This document shows positions 23,398 to 37,538 of a stretch of DNA of 64,000 nt, in pieces. The stretch lies in contig CM075989.1 in assembly GCA_038087875.1 (NCBI GenBank), positions 8,806,001 to 8,870,000 on the forward strand, written 5' to 3'. Within the stretch, counting starts at the first letter, position 1; each line of letters opens with the position of its first letter. The notes below the pieces were generated by a model. That model did not search any database. It saw only the letters and a program-made list of their open reading frames with translations, and was not told where the DNA came from. The translations under genes were made by a program, and so were the position numbers. Origin of the DNA: Malacoraja senta. Taxonomy: Eukaryota.

Positions 23398-24469
23398 ATC
23401 TCTAAACATTGGGAAAATGGGGGGGGGGGGAACAACAGAATCTCCACGTTGGGCAGTTACGAGCCATCTGATTGGCATGGGGGAAAGATGGATAACCAAT
23501 GGGGGAGTGTGGAGCCCTTGACACCACCAAGGGCTTGGCCAAAGTTGGCACCAGAGTAATGGCAGGTCAGTGAAGCTTTAAAGGCCCTCACTGCCAGTAC
23601 AATTCAAGCCCAATAGTTAACAGCCTCAGAACTGAAGTAAAAGTCTCCCACTGTAAAATACATCTCTCGTAGAGATGCAAGATGGACACAAAAAGCTGGA
23701 GTAACTCAGCGGGGCAGGCAGCATCTCTGGAGAGAAGGAATGGGTGACGTTTCTTCTTCAGACTTTTATAGAGGTGCCTTCTTTTCATGTTACACATACA
23801 GTTGATTCTTACTGACCTTCTGAGAAGCCTGGGATGATATTTGATCCAAATACTATTTAACCTCTCCACTTAACAAATCTCCTCAAGCAGATTCCACCCC
23901 CACAATTTCCTCCCCTTGGTTATCTTACCTTTATGTGCCTCATGAAATCCACATGATCACGTGTCGAATGTTAATATATCACAAGGTGAACTTTCACGAT
24001 GCAAAAGCCCTTTCAGCAAGTGTGAAACAAGGAACTATGTGGTACAAACGTAAGCCTCTGGCATCCAAAACACTGCAGCCTTGTAATTGTGAGGGAGTTT
24101 GTATTTCAATGAACATTGGCAGCAGATACAGATCTCGTCTCTCTCTCTCACTCCTATCTCTCTCTCTCTCTCTGTCACACATACATGGATACATGCAGCT
24201 GGGAGGTCTAATTGGCTGAGGCCAGAGAAGACAATGAAAGGCTTCCTATCTCTCGAGTGTAGGTCAGTCGGGAAGCCAATCAAATTCCGCTTGGAAGGCC
24301 TCCCCTCCAATACACTCTGCCAACCCCCAGAGTGGATGTTGTACCTTGCGGAATCACTGGTTCACTCTCAGCAGAAAGATAAAAGTAAAACGAGTTTTCT
24401 GAGTACCACACTTTGGGAAGGGTGCCCATGACTGAGCGGGGATTGTCCCGATCTACAGTTTTGTTTATT

Positions 24470-24760
24470 TTAGTTTAGTTTAGAGATACAGGGCAGAAAC
24501 AGGCCCTTCGGCCCGCCGAGTCCGGGCCAACCAGTGATCACCCTGTACACTGACACTATCCTACACACTAGGGTTGTATTTTACCGAAGCCAATCAACCT
24601 ACAAACGTGTACGTCTTTGGAGCGTGGGAAGAAACTGGAGTTCCCAGAGAAAGCCCACGCGGTCACGGGGAGAACATACAAACTCCGTACAGACAGTACC
24701 CGTAGTCAGGATCTCTGGCGCTGTAAGGCAGCAGCTCTACCCCCGCGCCACGTGCCACCC
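24470..24760 (-). mobile_element. HE1/V-SINE-type SINE
   Basis: Reverse copy with (TTTAG)n. Confidence 0.8.
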
Positions 24761-25606
24761 AAGGAGGTAACACGAGGAGAAGGCTGAACTGTCCTTCCCC
24801 AAGCAGAATAGGTTTAAGAGAAGGTTACTAACGCGGTTCAAAATTGTGGTGGGGAGGGCGATGGTTTAACAGGGTACATGAGGTGAGATTGGTTGCACTG
24901 GCAGAAGGATTGGGAATCAGAGAGAACACATTGACAGTAAGTAGCAAAAGAACTGAAGGTAAGGTGCTTAACAATTACTTCCGCCACTGATGCTACGGTG
25001 TGGACCCTGTGGAAGGATTGTGGAAGAAAATATAATATTTTTTAATAACAATATCTCCCCTCGACTCCTACATTCCTTCCTCTGGCTTCACAATTTGTAA
25101 CTCTTCATCCTGCCTGTCTCACACCTTCTGCTTTTGTCTCTGGACTTTGTTCCAACCATTCACCTATCAAAAACCCATCCCCCCTCACCTGTGTCCACCT
25201 GTTACCTGCCGCGTTTTGGCACAACGAACAGTTTGAAGAAGGTTCCCGACTCCAAACGTCACCTATCCATGTTCTCCAGAGATGCTGCCTGACCCACTGA
25301 GTTACTCCAGCACTTGGTGTCCTTTTGTGTAAGCCAGCATTTGCAGTTCCTTGTTTCTACATATATTTATTTTTAAACAGCTTTGGATAAGCACACAAAG
25401 AAACCCCGATGGAGAAAGAACAGGAAAGAGGTTTCAAAGAGCTGACAGTGACACAATGAATCTAATGGCCTCATTCTAAACCATCAACCAATGGTCACAG
25501 CGGGCCGCTGACTGACAAATTACTTGAGAAGCCAAGGCAGGGAAATAAGCTCAGATCCCCACTCTGGACCGCAGATTTATTTAGCAACAAACAATCTGTT
25601 GGAGGA

Positions 25607-25965
25607 CAGACACAAAATGCTGGAGTAACTCAGCGGGACAGGCAGCATCTCTGGAGAAAAGGAATAGGTGACGTTTCGGGTCGAGACCCTTCTTCAGACT
25701 GAGAGTCAGGGGGAAGGGAAACGAGAGATATAGACGGTGATGTAGAGAGATATAGAATTTGTTATTCATTTGATATTCTTTTCTTCTCTATCTCTCTATG
25801 TCACCGTCTATACCTCTCATTTCCATTCCCCCTGACTCTCAGTCTGAAGGGTCTCGACCCAAAACGTCATCTATTCCTTCTCTCCAGAGATGCTGTCTGA
25901 CCCGCTGAGTTAGTCCAGCTTTTTGTTCCTATCTTCGGTTTAAACGAGCATCTGTAGTTCCTTCT
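25607..25965. mobile_element. Long palindromic Penelope-derived element
   Basis: Inverted arms of about 150 bp (about 25608-25757 versus 25783-25930). Confidence 0.8.
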
Positions 25966-27759
25966 GTTGCGGGGAACTCAGCGGGTCAGGCAGCATCTGT
26001 GGTGGGGGGAGGGGGGAGGGGGGGGTAAGGCGCGGTTGATGTTTCGGGCCGATTCCTGTTCTATGAAGCCTCTGGAAAAAGTGTGTGTGAGTACCTTTCT
26101 CGCACGGCGCCACAGTTTGTAATTAAGCCACATGGAACAAGGAATCCCACGTTTGATCCAAGAATGAGATGAATAATTCGGGGCTGCAGATTCCTGCAAC
26201 ACATTACACACAGGGAAGGGACCCAAAATAAAGCAGCCAGCAATCCCGCTCTTACAGTCAGTTCAACAACCAGGGCAACTTGTAGTATTCACACATCCAG
26301 AGTCTCTGTCCCTGTGTTGCCTAATGCAATGTGAATGCCTGGAGTCACAGCAAGCAAATGACTGCACAGTCAATAACATCAGAAGATAGACACAAAATGC
26401 TGGAGTGACTCAGCGGGTCAGTTTGCTCAGAAAACAGCCTCAGAAAGAGTGGAGGAAATCACAGCAACTTATGAAAGAAATCACAGCAACTTTTCCCGAT
26501 CGCAGCAGGATTTCGTTTTGTGACGAGCGGGTGAATTCTGTGTTCCAATTCAATCTCAACAACACCGTCGCTGGGAGACACAAGAGATTGCAGATGCTCC
26601 AATCTGTAGCAAAAAGAGTAGAGAGGCTGGAGGGTCAGGCAGCATCTGTGGAGGGAATAGACAGTCGACACTTCAGGCTGAAACTCTGCATCTACACTGA
26701 AGTGTAGAGCGGGTGGTGAATCTGTGGAATTCATGGCCACAGAGGGCTGTGGAGGCCGAGTCAATGGATATTTTTGATGGCAGAGATAGATAGTTTGTTG
26801 ATTAGTATGGGTGTCATGGGGTTATGGGGATCAGGCAGGAGAACGGGGTTAGGAAGGAAATATAGATCAGCCATGATTGAATGGCAGAGTAGACTTGATG
26901 TACTGAATGGCTGAATTCTGCTCCTGTCACTTATCCATTCCCTTCCACAGTTGCTGCCGAACCTGCTGAGTTCTTCCAGCTCAATGGTTCGATAGTTCTT
27001 TATTGTCACGTACTGTATACACTCCACAGTGAAATTCTTCTTGCATAGCTCACACATGCACGAGTCGTTGTATTTTGGTGCCATGTACAAAAGTCCAAAC
27101 TCCACGTACTGGACTGGCTCCTGATCCAGTCAAAGCCCCAGACCGCTGCATGGCCTCGTCCATCGCCCCCCCGACCTGTTTGGCCTGCAGAATGCTTGCT
27201 CTCTTGAATGGATCCAAACGATCCAACAGCGCTATTCTGAAAAAGTGGAAAGGGGTTGTTGGAGGTTACCAGGGATGCTTCCTGACCTGCTGAGTTACTC
27301 CAGCGCTTTGTGTCTTGGTTCTACAATCCAACAAGGCAGTTGTGTTCCTGCCTTCTGCGGTCGGGGATCCAGTTGCCGAGCACTCTGCTGGTATTTATTG
27401 TTGCACAGGACACAGTCGTCAGCTGCATTCCCACTGCACAAGAACTAAAGATGTTATAATGAGGAATACAAGGAAGCCTGATGAAGGTCGTCCAGTGCCA
27501 CAGATGTTGCAATTCTGCTTCAAAGTGGGCCTTCAGACACACGCACGGACATCTGGTCAAGTTCTGAGAATGGTTATTTTTGGGTTTACAGAGGGAGACC
27601 TGAGGGAGGTGATGCAGGCGTCAGCAGGCACAGTTTGGGATTGAGGGAACTGGGAGTAATTGTGTGCGGGAATGTGCGAGGGACATTTGCAGAATCTGCT
27701 GCTTCTGATTAATGCCCAGTAGAGATGAATGGAGGAGGCTCAGAATTTAGGTTTTTCAT

Positions 27760-28083
27760 TTTTTAGAGATACAGTGTGGAAACTGGCCCATCGGCCCACC
27801 GAGTCCACACCGACTACTAATACACTAGTTCTATCCTACACACTAGGGACAATTTAAATAAGTAAGTTTATTGGCCAAGTATTCACATACAAGGAATTTG
27901 CCTTGGTGCTCCGCCCACAAGAAGCCAATTAACCTAGAAACCTGCACGTTTATGGAATATGGGAAGAAACCGGAGATCCCGGTCGCTGGGAGAACGTACA
28001 AACTCCGCACAGACAGCACCCGTAGTCAGGATCGAACCCGGGTCTCTGACGCTGTGAGGCAGTGACTCTATCGCTGCGCCACT
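27760..28083 (-). mobile_element. HE1/V-SINE-type SINE with an internal insertion
   Basis: Reverse copy interrupted near 27856-27920. Confidence 0.7.
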
Positions 28084-28610
28084 CTTAACTCCAACACTTT
28101 GTGTCTTTTTCTTACTATTTACGAGATCTTGCTGTGTACAGATTGCTGTGTTCCAGCAGTGAACCAGGCATCACAGAGGCGGTTCAGCGCCGGTGAGAAG
28201 CACCAGACAACCAGGGCTTTCGTTCCCATTTATCTGAGTTCCGAGATGCTGGAGTGGAGGAGGGAGCAAGTCAATGGTCGGGGTTAACAAGGGGCGGACA
28301 TTTCTTGTCTCTCCTTCCCTTCTGGAAATATTTCTATTTCAATAAGGCCTTTCACACACTTTCGTTGCCAAAAATAGAGACCATCTGGGAACCAAGAAAC
28401 AAACGGGAAAGCCATGTTGTGAATCACTGTCTGTCGTGTGATTGCTTGACCAAGATGCCCAGAGGGGAAATCTGGGTTCAAACATCTCCAGCAGGATTGC
28501 ATTCTTTCAGTGGAGTGGGCTGTAAAAAGCCATTCCAGTTCAGGCCAATTTCTTTATTGCCTCTCTGCTTACTGGTGCAAACATTCTTGTCTTGCGTTGG
28601 TGCAGTCTTA

Positions 28611-29088
28611 AGGGCCTGTCCCACTTGGGCGACCTAATTGGCAAGTATAGAAGAGTTTAAAAAAATGACATGTTGAAGACCTCCTTCGACTATGTTGAAG
28701 ACTAGCTACGACTAGCTACGGGAAAATTGGACACCGAATAAGTGGAGAGTAAAGACGACTTCCTTCGATCTCCTTCGACCTCCCTTCGACTATGATGAAG
28801 ACCATCTTCGACTACCTTCGACTACCTACGAGTAACATGGCGACCTACTACGACTAAGGCTACAAAAAAGTATTGATTTTTTCCATGGGAACCGTTTTTT
28901 ACTCGCGGGCATTTTTTAACATGTTGAAAAAAATCGCCGCAACCTAGCTGAGGCCCTCGAGTATGCGGAGACCACTCTCGAGCATGAAGGAGGGTTACGA
29001 AGACCTCCTACGACCTTGTGACGACCATGCTGCGAGTATGAGTCGAGGGCCAATTCGCGGATTCGGTCGCCCAAGTGTGACAGGCCCT
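28611..29088. mobile_element. Harbinger/PIF-like MITE
   Basis: TIRs AGGGCCTGTCCCACTTGGGCGACC and GGTCGCCCAAGTGTGACAGGCCCT; 3-bp TSD TTA/TTA; CGAC-rich interior. Confidence 0.75.
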
Positions 29089-29329
29089 TTATGCTTATTC
29101 CTGTCACTGCAACGTTCTGCTCTATCTATTATCCCTGTGATTTATCTCTCTTCAATTATCACTGGCCCTTTTCCCAGTGGTCTCTCCACCCATATCCGAT
29201 TTTCTTTGTGTTCGGCAGCCAGGTCGCCAGTTCTCCCGTTGGACAAGTTCCCAGAGGTGTCACCTTACACCTTGATCCGTCGAATCCAATTAAGCTGTCC
29301 TCTCCCCTTATTAGAGCACAAAGAGGTGG

Positions 29330-29505
29330 AGTAACTCAGCGAGTCAGGCAGCATCTCCGGAGGACATGGATAAGCGACGTTTCGGGTCGGGACCCTTCTT
29401 CAGACTGAAACGTCGCCTGTCCATGTCCTCCAGAGATGCTGCCTGGCCCGCTGAGTTACTCCAGCACTCTGTGTTCTGCACAAGGTTCCAGCATCTACAG
29501 TTCCT
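29330..29505. mobile_element. Palindromic Penelope-derived mini-element
   Basis: Inverted arms around CTTCAGACTGAAAC. Confidence 0.7.
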
Positions 29506-31237
29506 TTTGTCTCTCCGTTATATTTATAACTAATAAACTAAAGAGTTAAAGGAAATGATAAAAAAGACAGCATTTTTTTCAATGACCTTGCAGCTTTTCT
29601 CCCACATTGTGATAACAGTGTTATTCAGTAACATCATTCGTGGACTGTCTTGTCCAATATTAGGCCTGGGCTCAGTTCCTGACAGTGGTGTTGATAGTGC
29701 TCTGACCCCACTTCCTCTTCCTCCTGCTTCCTTATCTGTATTTATTTTCAGCTTCAGCCATTACCATACCCTGCCTCAAAACTCTTAATTGTCTGCTCAG
29801 CCAATGCCTCACAGATTGCAATTATCTTCAAGGTGGAAAAAAAATTCCTCCGCAGATCCCCTCTAAACCTTCTACCCCTCACTCTAAAGCTGTGGTCCCT
29901 AGTAATAGACATCTCTGGCTATGGGGAAACTTGTGCTGCTATCTATGCCGCTTTCTCTCAGATCCTCCCCCAACCTCCCCTAATCCAAAGCAAACAAACC
30001 CAGCCTATCCAATCTCCTCTTGACTGGAATGGTCCATGTTGGACAATATCCTGGTGAAGATGAACACAATAAGCTGGAGTAACTCAGCGGGACAGGCAGC
30101 ATCTATGGAGAGAAGGAATGGGTGACGTTTCAGGTCGAGACCCTTCTTCAGACATCCTGATGAATCTCCTCTGTACTATTTCCAGTCCTTCCTATGATGT
30201 GGCAACCAGAGTCATAGACACTACTCCAGCTGTGGCCCAGCCAACGTTTCATACAGTTGACCCAAGACATTCCTGCTCGTGTGTTCTCTGCTCATTACCA
30301 CATGTAATGGCCACATTGCATTTTTGTTTGGTGATGTTGATTGAGTGATCAATTTGTGGAATTCATTGTCACACAAGGCTGTGGAGTCCAAGTCAATGGA
30401 TAAGGCAGAGATAGATAGATTCTTGATTAGTACGGATGTCAGGGGTTATGGGGAGAAGGGAGGAGAATGGGGTTGAATGGGAGAGATAGATCAGCCATGA
30501 TTGAATGGCGGAGTAGACTTGATGGGCCAAATGGCCTAATTCTGCTCCTATGAACTTATGATCAGCATTGGTAAAATCCCACGGCATTAACAGGCTTGTG
30601 TGAGAATCTCCTCCACCATCCAGCTACTCCATTGTGTATCGGGAGGGAAGATTCACCCAGGCCTCTGTTGCTGCTCAGTGCTTGCTGGACAAACCCTGGT
30701 CTTCTCAAGTCCTCAACTCATGGTCAAATAATCAAAAACATTCCTGAACAGAAACACAGAGTGAAAGCCAAGGCATTCCAGCAATGCAGAGAGTTGTGGA
30801 TGTAGCCTAGTACACCAGACAAAGCAGCCTCCGCCCCCAACGACTATACCTACACCTCACGCTGCCCTCGGGAAAACAGCCAACATAATCAAGGACCGCT
30901 CACATCAGGGTCATTCCCTCTTCCACCCTCTCCTATAAGTCAGACAGTACAAAACCATGTACTGTCAGCTTCTTCCCCGCTGTTATCAAACTACTGAGCT
31001 GTTATCAAAACTTCCCTGCTGTTATCAAACTCTCATCAGCCACAGGTGTAGTCCCGATCTCCCAACCTACCTCATTGCAGCCTTTCCATTTTGTTTTCTC
31101 CTGCACTGTGCTCAAGTATGGTATAAAATGACTGGATAGCATTCAGTAACAGCAACGTTTTTCATTGTGCCTCAGTGCAGGTGACAAGAATAAACCAATA
31201 CCGATACGGACACGAAGATGGGGGCGGTCATTGTCAG

Positions 31238-31632
31238 CAAAGATCCTATAGCGAGCAAGATGGTCCACTCGACGAAAAAGACGTAGTACGGTCATGGGCA
31301 GATTCATGGGTAATTTAAGGCCCCATTTCCGTAACCGGCTTCTGTCTCCGCACCAAAGATCCCATAGGATAATAGTGCGGAGACGGAAGCCGGTTATGGA
31401 AACATCCTCGTAAAAATTAAAGTTATTTGGTAGAAATCTTCTCCTCATTTTCAAAATTTTAATTTATTAACACAAACTGTTCCCCTGCAACGTTGATTAC
31501 ACTGCGAGTCGGGTCGGGTCGGGTTACGGAAATGGATGAAAAAAAGGCCCATGTTCCGTTCCGTTGCGTACTACACGTCAGCCCATTGCATTTAGCAGGA
31601 GTGGTCTATCTTACTCCGCTATAGGATCTTTG
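31238..31632. mobile_element. Non-autonomous DNA transposon with an 8-bp TSD (P-like or hAT)
   Basis: TIRs of about 34 bp starting CAAAGATCCTATAGCG; perfect TSD ATTGTCAG at 31230-31237 and 31633-31640; internal 28-bp hairpin. Confidence 0.85.
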
Positions 31633-32071
31633 ATTGTCAGAGCACTCATCACACTGCCTCTCACAGGCTCTCAGAGTCTCTCAAAGGAACCTGCTTTCAA
31701 ATCAATGGCATCCAGAATTAGTCGTTCATTAAACCCAGGTTTCCGAGTGTTAATATTTAACACAGCTAATCAGCAAATATTCCCAGGAATAACAACACAG
31801 TGACCTTCCCTGGTTCCCGAGAGCCACTATCTGCTTGGGAACTGTGGTGAAACCTTTGCTGACTGTGTCCTGAACTGTAATCAGTTTAATGTGGTTCAAC
31901 ACATAAAAACTGAAGATATTTCAGCCTGGAAGCGCACAAGGAACTCATGCCTCTCCACATTGACTGTGGGTCACAAATAGTTTGCCCCAAGACAACATTG
32001 ATTCAGTCGTTCCGAAACATTTCCTGCTGAAGTATTGTTTACTAAAGAAAACAAGCAAGACCTGCATTTAT

Positions 32072-32330
32072 AGAAATGAGGAACTGCAGATGCTGGTTTA
32101 TACCAAAGGCAGACACAACATGCTGGAGTAACTCAGCGGGACAGGCAGCATCTCTGGAGAGAAGGAATGGGTGACGTTTCGGTCGAGACCCTTCTTCAGA
32201 CTTCAGAAGGGTCTCGACCCGAAACGTCACCCATTCCTTCTTTCTAGAGAAGCTGCCTGTCCCGTTGAGTTACTCCAGCATTTTGTGTCTATCTTTGATT
32301 TAAACCAGCATCTGCAGTTCTTTCCTACAC
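32072..32330. mobile_element. Palindromic Penelope-derived mini-element
   Basis: Complete inverted arms from GAACTGCAGATGCTGG to CCAGCATCTGCAGTTC. Confidence 0.8.
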
Positions 32331-32949
32331 ATTCAGTTCAGTTCCATTTAGTTTATTGTCACGTGCACCAAGGTAAAGTGAAAAGCTTTTCGTTACTTTT
32401 AGTGCTAAAAAGTCAGCAGAAAGACAATACATGATTACAATTGATCCATTTATAGTGTATAGATACATGATAAGGGATTAACATTTAGAGATAAGGGAAT
32501 AACGTTTAGGGTGGGGTTACGTTTGAGGATGGGTCTGAGGTCAGATGATGTTTGGGGTCAGGGCCCTTCTTCAGGAGTATAGGTCTGGCCTGGAGGCGGG
32601 TGTGTTTGAGCAAGTCCCTGCCATTGCTCGGCTGCTGAGGGTCACAGGGCTCAGCTCTGCTTCCCAGCCAGGCTTGCTGAGGGGTAGACATTGAGCAATT
32701 CCCCTTCACTTCACTGAAGTAACGCCCTGGTGTCTTTCCTGTCCGCCAGACTTTAATGCCTAGCCTTCTGATCGCACCTCTTGGTCCAAAGATTCCCCAC
32801 TGCCTTACTAAACCTACAGCAAACCCTCGGACCACAGAAGGCGGGGGGTGTAGGAAGGAACTGCAGATGCTGGTTTGCACCGAGGATGGAGTAACTCAGC
32901 GGGACAGGCAGCATCTCCGGAGGGAAGGAATGGGTGACGTTTTGGGTGG

Positions 32950-33257
32950 AGGTGGTGTCCGTTATTGCCGATTGCCCGCTATAACCGAGTGAGAGCGGGG
33001 GTAACGTTTCACGCAAGGCCAGGGTGCTGAAGAAACATGGCGTTGGGGTGATGGTGGGGGGGTTAAACCAGGGGACGTCACAAGCCGAGGGAACCGCGGG
33101 GCGCCGCCGGCCCTATACGCGGTGCGCCAGGGACGGGCACGGTACGCCCATGGTGCCAGCTCATTGGGAAACTGGCGGAACTGGGGGGGGGGGGGTGGCG
33201 CAACGGGCCATAACCAAAGTCCGCTATAAAGAGGTCCGTTATTGCGAGGGTTTACTG
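32950..33257. mobile_element. TcMar/Tigger-like element, one end only
   Basis: Terminus CCGTTATTGCGAGGGTTTACTG followed by TA; repeated CCGTTAT/CGCTATAA subterminal motifs. Confidence 0.5.
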
Positions 33258-33958
33258 TAAATCTCTTTAACATATCTAACTACGTAGAATAGGCAGCAAA
33301 GAAATGTGTCACAGTGCAGGTGTCCCCATAGCCCTGACCAAAATAACATGGCCGTCAACTGCAAAGATACATCGCCCTTTGCGGAAGAAAGAGGGTCATT
33401 CTTTGCCATCCATTGAGAGAGGGGACTTTGTGCTGTTGCCGTTGAGCGATATTAATTCCCCCAAGTATTTGGCTGGGTTTAAAATCGCCCTTGTGTGTCC
33501 CACTCCCTGTGATCCCATATATAATAAAACACCACAATCCCCTGCTGACTGTGTTGGCAGGGATTGACCTTCCCATCTGTCCAATCATGAAATTTATATC
33601 AAAATTAGGATAATGCCCCATTGTCGGAGGTTGAAGTTAAAAATACACAAGGCTGACTGGTCAAATTAAATGAGTCCTTTCATTTGTGTAACACAGCTAA
33701 CACGTCGCAGATTTGGAGAATTCATCTTTTATTACTTTAAAAGTTGACAGAGGAGCGCCAAAGCTGATCATCTTCAGTCTGCAAAGAGTCCGACAATCAG
33801 TCTGATAAAAGGGACCCGACCCGAAACGTCACCTATCCATGTCCTGAATTGCTGAGTTACTCCAGCACTTTGTCATTTTTATCTGAAATGGGACTGTCAT
33901 TAATCTGAAGAATGGTCCCAACTGAAACATCCTCTGTCTATTCCCACTACATTTCGCA

Positions 33959-34264
33959 GGGGCGGCACAGAGATGCAGCGGTAGAGTTGCTGCCTTGCAG
34001 CGCCAGAGACCCGGGTTTGATCCTCACTACGGGTGCTGTCTGTACGGAGTTTGTACGTTCTTTCTGTGACTGCGTGGGTTTTCTCCGGGTGCTCAGGTTT
34101 CCCCCCACTCTCCAAAGACGTACATGTTTGTAGGTTAATTTGGCTTTGGTAAACATCGTAAATTGTCCCCCGTGTGTAGGATGGTGCTGGTGTCCGGGGA
34201 TCGCTGGTCAGCATGGACTTGGTGGGCTGAAGGGCCTGTTTCTGCACTGTATCTCTAAACTAAA
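33959..34264 (+). mobile_element. HE1/V-SINE-type SINE
   Basis: Full copy. Confidence 0.85.
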
Positions 34265-35758
34265 AACAATGATGCTGTCTGACGCTGAGTTACTCCAGCA
34301 CTTTATGTCTTCTCTGATAATCTTCACATTGGTGTTAGGCTTCAGGGAATCAGGTTCAGTGAAACAACAGAGATGGGAGGCAGTTCTATTCTGTGTTCTC
34401 TCGTACTCCTTGGTCAGTGTGTAACGCACAACCTAACATCTCCTGTCAGTTCGTCGTGTTAGTCTTCCTTTTTAAGCAGCAGGCGTTTCAACCTCCTTGG
34501 GCATCGAAGCACAGACCAACAGCATGCCCATCGATGCCCTCACGCTGAACGTTTCCAGTAGAGGCTGGACAGCAGGTGGGTCTGCTGGATTTCACACCTC
34601 TCCGCCCGACCCTCCCTGCTCTCTTCACCCTTCGTCACCCCTCTCCCCCGATTCTCCCTCTCTCCCCTGAGTCCTCTCACACCCCTGCTCCTCCTCCTCC
34701 AAACAGACCATCCAACAGTACAGCACAGGTACAGGCCCTTTGAGCTGAAAATGATGCCAAGACCAACCCTTTCTGCCTGCATATGATCCATGTCCATCCA
34801 TTCCCTGCATATCCACCTGCCCATCCAAAAGCCTCTGGAACGCCCCCTATCGTACCTGCTTCCAGCACCACCCCCGGCTGCAGCCTCCAAGCACCAACAC
34901 CCTCTGTGGAAAAGAATTTGCCCCGCGCGTCTCTTTTAAACTTTGCCCCTCTCATCTTACGAGATATGCCCTCTCCTTCCAACTCCCTTCCAGAGCCTTT
35001 CTTTTGTCTCCTTCCCTCCCTCCCTTCCCCCTCCCTCTCCCTCCCATTCCTCCACCCCACTCCACCTTCATCTCTATGTTCCCCGTCTTTCTCCCCCTCC
35101 CACTTCCCTCTTCTACCATCTCTCCCCCCCCCATCCCCTCCCCCTGCTCCCTTTCCTAACCACCTGTTCTCACCTCCAGCCCGGAGCTGTGCTGATTAAG
35201 CTGAAGGTTTACGCTGTGTGTTTGAGTGCACTTTCACTGACTGAGCTTCTGTGAGAGAGACAGGAAGCAGCTTTAAAATACATGCCAAAAGAGTCAGAAA
35301 TTGATAATTCATCATGACCTGAATTCACTTAAGGAACTTCCAATCCACAAACACTGTGAACGGCTCGACTGCAATCATGTAGGCACTCTCCGCTGACGGG
35401 ATAATATGCAATAAAAAGCTTTTCACTGTATCTCGGTTCACGTGAACAATAAACGAAAGTACAGTAAACAAAACTAAACCAAACCAAATCTGCCAATCTC
35501 GACCACATTGGCACACTGGGCCAGTCCCATTTGCCTGCAATGGACCCATAGATCTTCAAACACTTCTTATCCATCTATCGGTCCAAATGTCTTTCGAAGG
35601 TCGTAATTGTCTATCCCCTTCCAAAGTTTCTACTGGTGGCATGTTCCAGGTTCCAATGACCCTCTGAGCAAAAACGATGAGGTCCAAGTTCAATTTCACA
35701 TTTATTGGCACATGCACCAATTAAGGTACAGTGAAATTTGAGTTACCATGCGGCCATG

Positions 35759-36357
35759 AGGGCCTGTCCCACTTGGGCGTCATTTGCGCGTCGTTTACAC
35801 GAGAGGCCGGTAGTGACTGACGTGCGACAGTCGCACGAAATTCGTCTAGCAGTATGACAGTCGCTCTTGAGGAGCCATTTGCGATGTCGTTCGTACTTAG
35901 TCCGATCTCCGTGGCAAGGATTTTCCCAGTGAAAAAATTTCAAAACTACGCGCACTTTATACCCGGGTGGTCACGTGGTGCAGCGCTCAAATGACGCACA
36001 TATGGCACGCCGATGGCGTTCGGGCGGCGCAAAGTTACGGACGTTGAAGCACGGCGACGCATAATAAATTAGCATAGGCAATGTTCATGCATCACCATTG
36101 CGTAACCATGCGTCACCACGCGCTACACGTACGCCGTCAGTACGTCAGTGTACGCAATCAGTACGTCAGCGTGCGCAAGGGATACGTCACGCAGGTGGCG
36201 CGTGAGGATTTTGAGCATTCCGTAATCCTGGGGCGCCGCGTGTTACCAAGCGTCACTGCACACGCCACCACGCCTCACCACACGCCATGCACGCGTCACG
36301 ACGCGCCAACCAATTTTTAGGGTGTCGCGTAAATGACGCCCAAGTGGAACAGGCCCT
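35759..36357. mobile_element. Harbinger/PIF-like MITE (CpG-rich)
   Basis: TIRs AGGGCCTGTCCCACTTGGGCGTCATTT and AAATGACGCCCAAGTGGAACAGGCCCT; flanks ATG/ATA; nested inside another repeat. Confidence 0.75.
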
Positions 36358-37538
36358 ATACAATCAAAAAGAACACTATACACAATAGAATTTACCATAA
36401 ACATCCACCACATTCTTCATTGTGATGGAAGGCAATAACATTCAGCCAGTCCTCCTCCTTTGTTTACCCGTGGTCGAGGCCATGAACCCTCCGTAGTCGC
36501 CGCTACAGATGGCCCGATGTACAAGCGCTCTCATCGGGATGCTCGAAACTCCGACGTCGTTGCGGACGGAACACACTCTCCGGCTTGAAGTTCCCGAATC
36601 GGCCACTTTCTTGCCGGAGACTATGGTTTCACGATGTTGTAGGCCGCAGGCCGGCAGTCGGAGCACTTCTTCCGGCGATGTCCTCGAAAGGACAAACACG
36701 CTGCTGGCGAGGCTGCCACTCGCGGCGCCAGCCGATGGCCACTTTACATATCTCCCCTCTCATCTTAAGCCGATGTACCCTAGTTTCAGAGTCCTGTAGA
36801 TGCTGGTTTACACCAAAGATAGACACAAAAAGCTGGAGTAACTCAGTGGGTCAGGCAGCTTCTCTGGACCAAAGGAATAGGCGACGTTTCGGGTCGAGAC
36901 CCTTCTTAAGACTGAGAGTCAGGGGAGAGGGAAACGAGAGCTATGAAAAGATACAAATGATTGAAAGGTATGCAAAAGTACAAATGAAAGCCAGCAACAA
37001 GGAACAAGGGAAGGTGGAGTAAACTGTTTCTCTTTCCAGTTTAATTCTAACTGTGTTTTGCACAGATATCTTGTTTCTCTCCACAGTTTTTTTTCTTTTC
37101 TCCACCTTGCAGAATTCTAGGTGTGATTTATGTATAATGCGTGTTGTCTGAGTCTATGTGATGTTGCTGCCAGCAAGATTATGAATGTACCTGTACTTGC
37201 TGTACTTGTGCATATGACAAAGAACTTGGCCTGCCTTGGCTGCCTGCACCTTGTGTGTGGAGCGGGGCTGAAGGTCGCAGCCATCTGCGGTGGTGACGAG
37301 AGAGCCGCTGCCTGTGCCTGAACGGCAGGGGTGTGTGAGAATCACGCTGGGCCGGGATTAGGTCACAATGGGTCTTTGCGTTATACTGCCGTTATCACCG
37401 CCAGTCTCCGTCTGATAGACTCATGCAGTGAGCTGGAATGAGATACAGTCAGACCGTGCCAAGGCCAGCCCCTGGCACTGGAGCGTGAAAAGGATTTAAA
37501 GGCACCCTGCTTGTAGCAGAGTCTCAACCTAATCCTTA

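Noticed and set aside
34499..34539. GGGCATCGA...TCGATGCCC hairpin
   Set aside because: The stem is only 9 bp with no other support, which is expected by chance in 64 kb.
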